Positions 63,135 to 64,000 of a stretch of 64,000 bases of DNA are shown here, in pieces. The notes below the pieces were generated by a model that saw only the letters and a list, made by a program, of their open reading frames with translations, searched no databases and had not been told where the DNA came from. The position numbers and the translations under genes were made by a program. How positions within the stretch are numbered: the first letter of the stretch is position 1; the number at the start of each line of letters is the position of its first letter. Where the stretch lies: the NCBI RefSeq assembly GCF_009834535.1, contig NC_045696.1:29762001-29826000 (forward strand), in the 5' to 3' direction. Origin of the DNA: Camelus ferus (lineage: Eukaryota).

Positions 63135-64000
63135 CATATATTGTGCATAAAATAAACCTGTATATATTTAGTTTAAAGAGTAATGATAAAACGGACATAT
63201 ATGTACTTGCTACTCCCTTAAGTAAAAGAACCTACCATCTTGATGTGTCTGTCCTGGGCCTGGTTTCGGGTCCATTGCTCTGTCTCACAGGAAGGATGGC
63301 CCTTGCAGGCTACATTACCTGAGTTCCCTTCCACCTCCATTAGGTCAGGGTGAACTGCATCTTGGGTAGCTTCCCCAGCAGTGGCTGTGAATTCTGCATG
63401 GCTCTTGGATGAGCCCAAGTGGTTCCATTCTGGGCTCTGATAAGACCACCTCCCTCTTTTTCCTCTTTAGCTCAGAGATAACAGTGGCTCTTGTTTTTGC
63501 TAAATCCTGGCTTACCTCACTCTCTCCTATTTGGTTTGTCAGCTCTTCCATCATGTATGTCAGTAATTTTTTATGAAATTTCTTATAATGCAAAATAATG
63601 TCATTTTTTAATTGCTGAATGATTGACCTTAGAAGCCCTGTGTGCTCCTCCTTGATCATACCTCTCATCCAACACCAGAAGGAACCACTATCCTGATTTT
63701 TGACTTTAGCATTCTCTTGATTTTCCTCATTGGTCTTACCACTTATGTATCCTTAAACACTATATTTTTTACTTTTGTCAGTTTTGTACTTTATGTAAAT
63801 GGAATCATACAATGTGTTCTCTTATATGTCTTGCTTTTTTTTAACAATATGTTTTTGAGATGCATGCATATTATATACTCAGAAGTTCATTAATTCTCTC
63901 TGCAGCATAGTATTCTACTGTATGTAAGAGTGCAATTTATCTATTCTATGTGATGGACTTTTATCTGTTTCCAGTTTTTACTCTTATGAATATGTTACTA
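63135..64000 (-). mobile_element. Old L1 3' end (L1ME-like), split by an insertion at ~63240-63628 and running off the window
   Basis: Left 'tttaaagagtaatgataaaacggaca...aagaacctacc'; right 'ttagaagccctgtgtgctcctcc...aaccactatcctgatttt...tatgtaaatggaatcatac...tttttgagatgcatgcat...gatggacttt'. Confidence 0.85.
63240..63628 (-). pseudogene. Unidentified coding-like insert (candidate processed-pseudogene fragment)
   Basis: Two overlapping minus-strand ORFs (63345-63668, 63218-63418) together span the whole insert with one frameshift; protein-like composition; interrupts a colinear L1. Confidence 0.55.

Overview
AT-rich, CpG-depleted mammalian non-coding DNA (intergenic or a large intron), most likely from a camelid (alpaca/camel). 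The evidence is a tRNA-Ala-derived Vic-1-type SINE at 44197-44292 and artiodactyl-type L1 3' ends. I found no intact protein-coding gene, RNA gene or CRISPR array, and almost all track ORFs are chance or repeat-derived. The window is a mosaic of interspersed repeats: L1, L2, MIR, MaLR/ERVL LTRs, hAT and Tigger elements, and microsatellites. Several keep their target-site duplications (TSDs). Real protein fossils are an ERV-L pol/RT fragment (~34535-35120) and two L2 ORF2 remnants. The items most worth follow-up are: (1) an unidentified ~390-bp coding-like insert splitting an old L1 at ~63240-63628; (2) a CpG-retaining E-box/CRE patch followed by a Kozak ATG and splice donor at ~50790-50906; (3) an RFX X-box with an adjacent forkhead site at ~61843-61882; (4) a (TTTC)n array flanked by a 16-bp TSD, i.e. 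an apparently tail-only retrotransposition event. I see no convincing novel multi-component system. Repeat subfamily names come from recalled consensus sequences and need RepeatMasker/Dfam confirmation. Boundaries are approximate unless TSDs are given.
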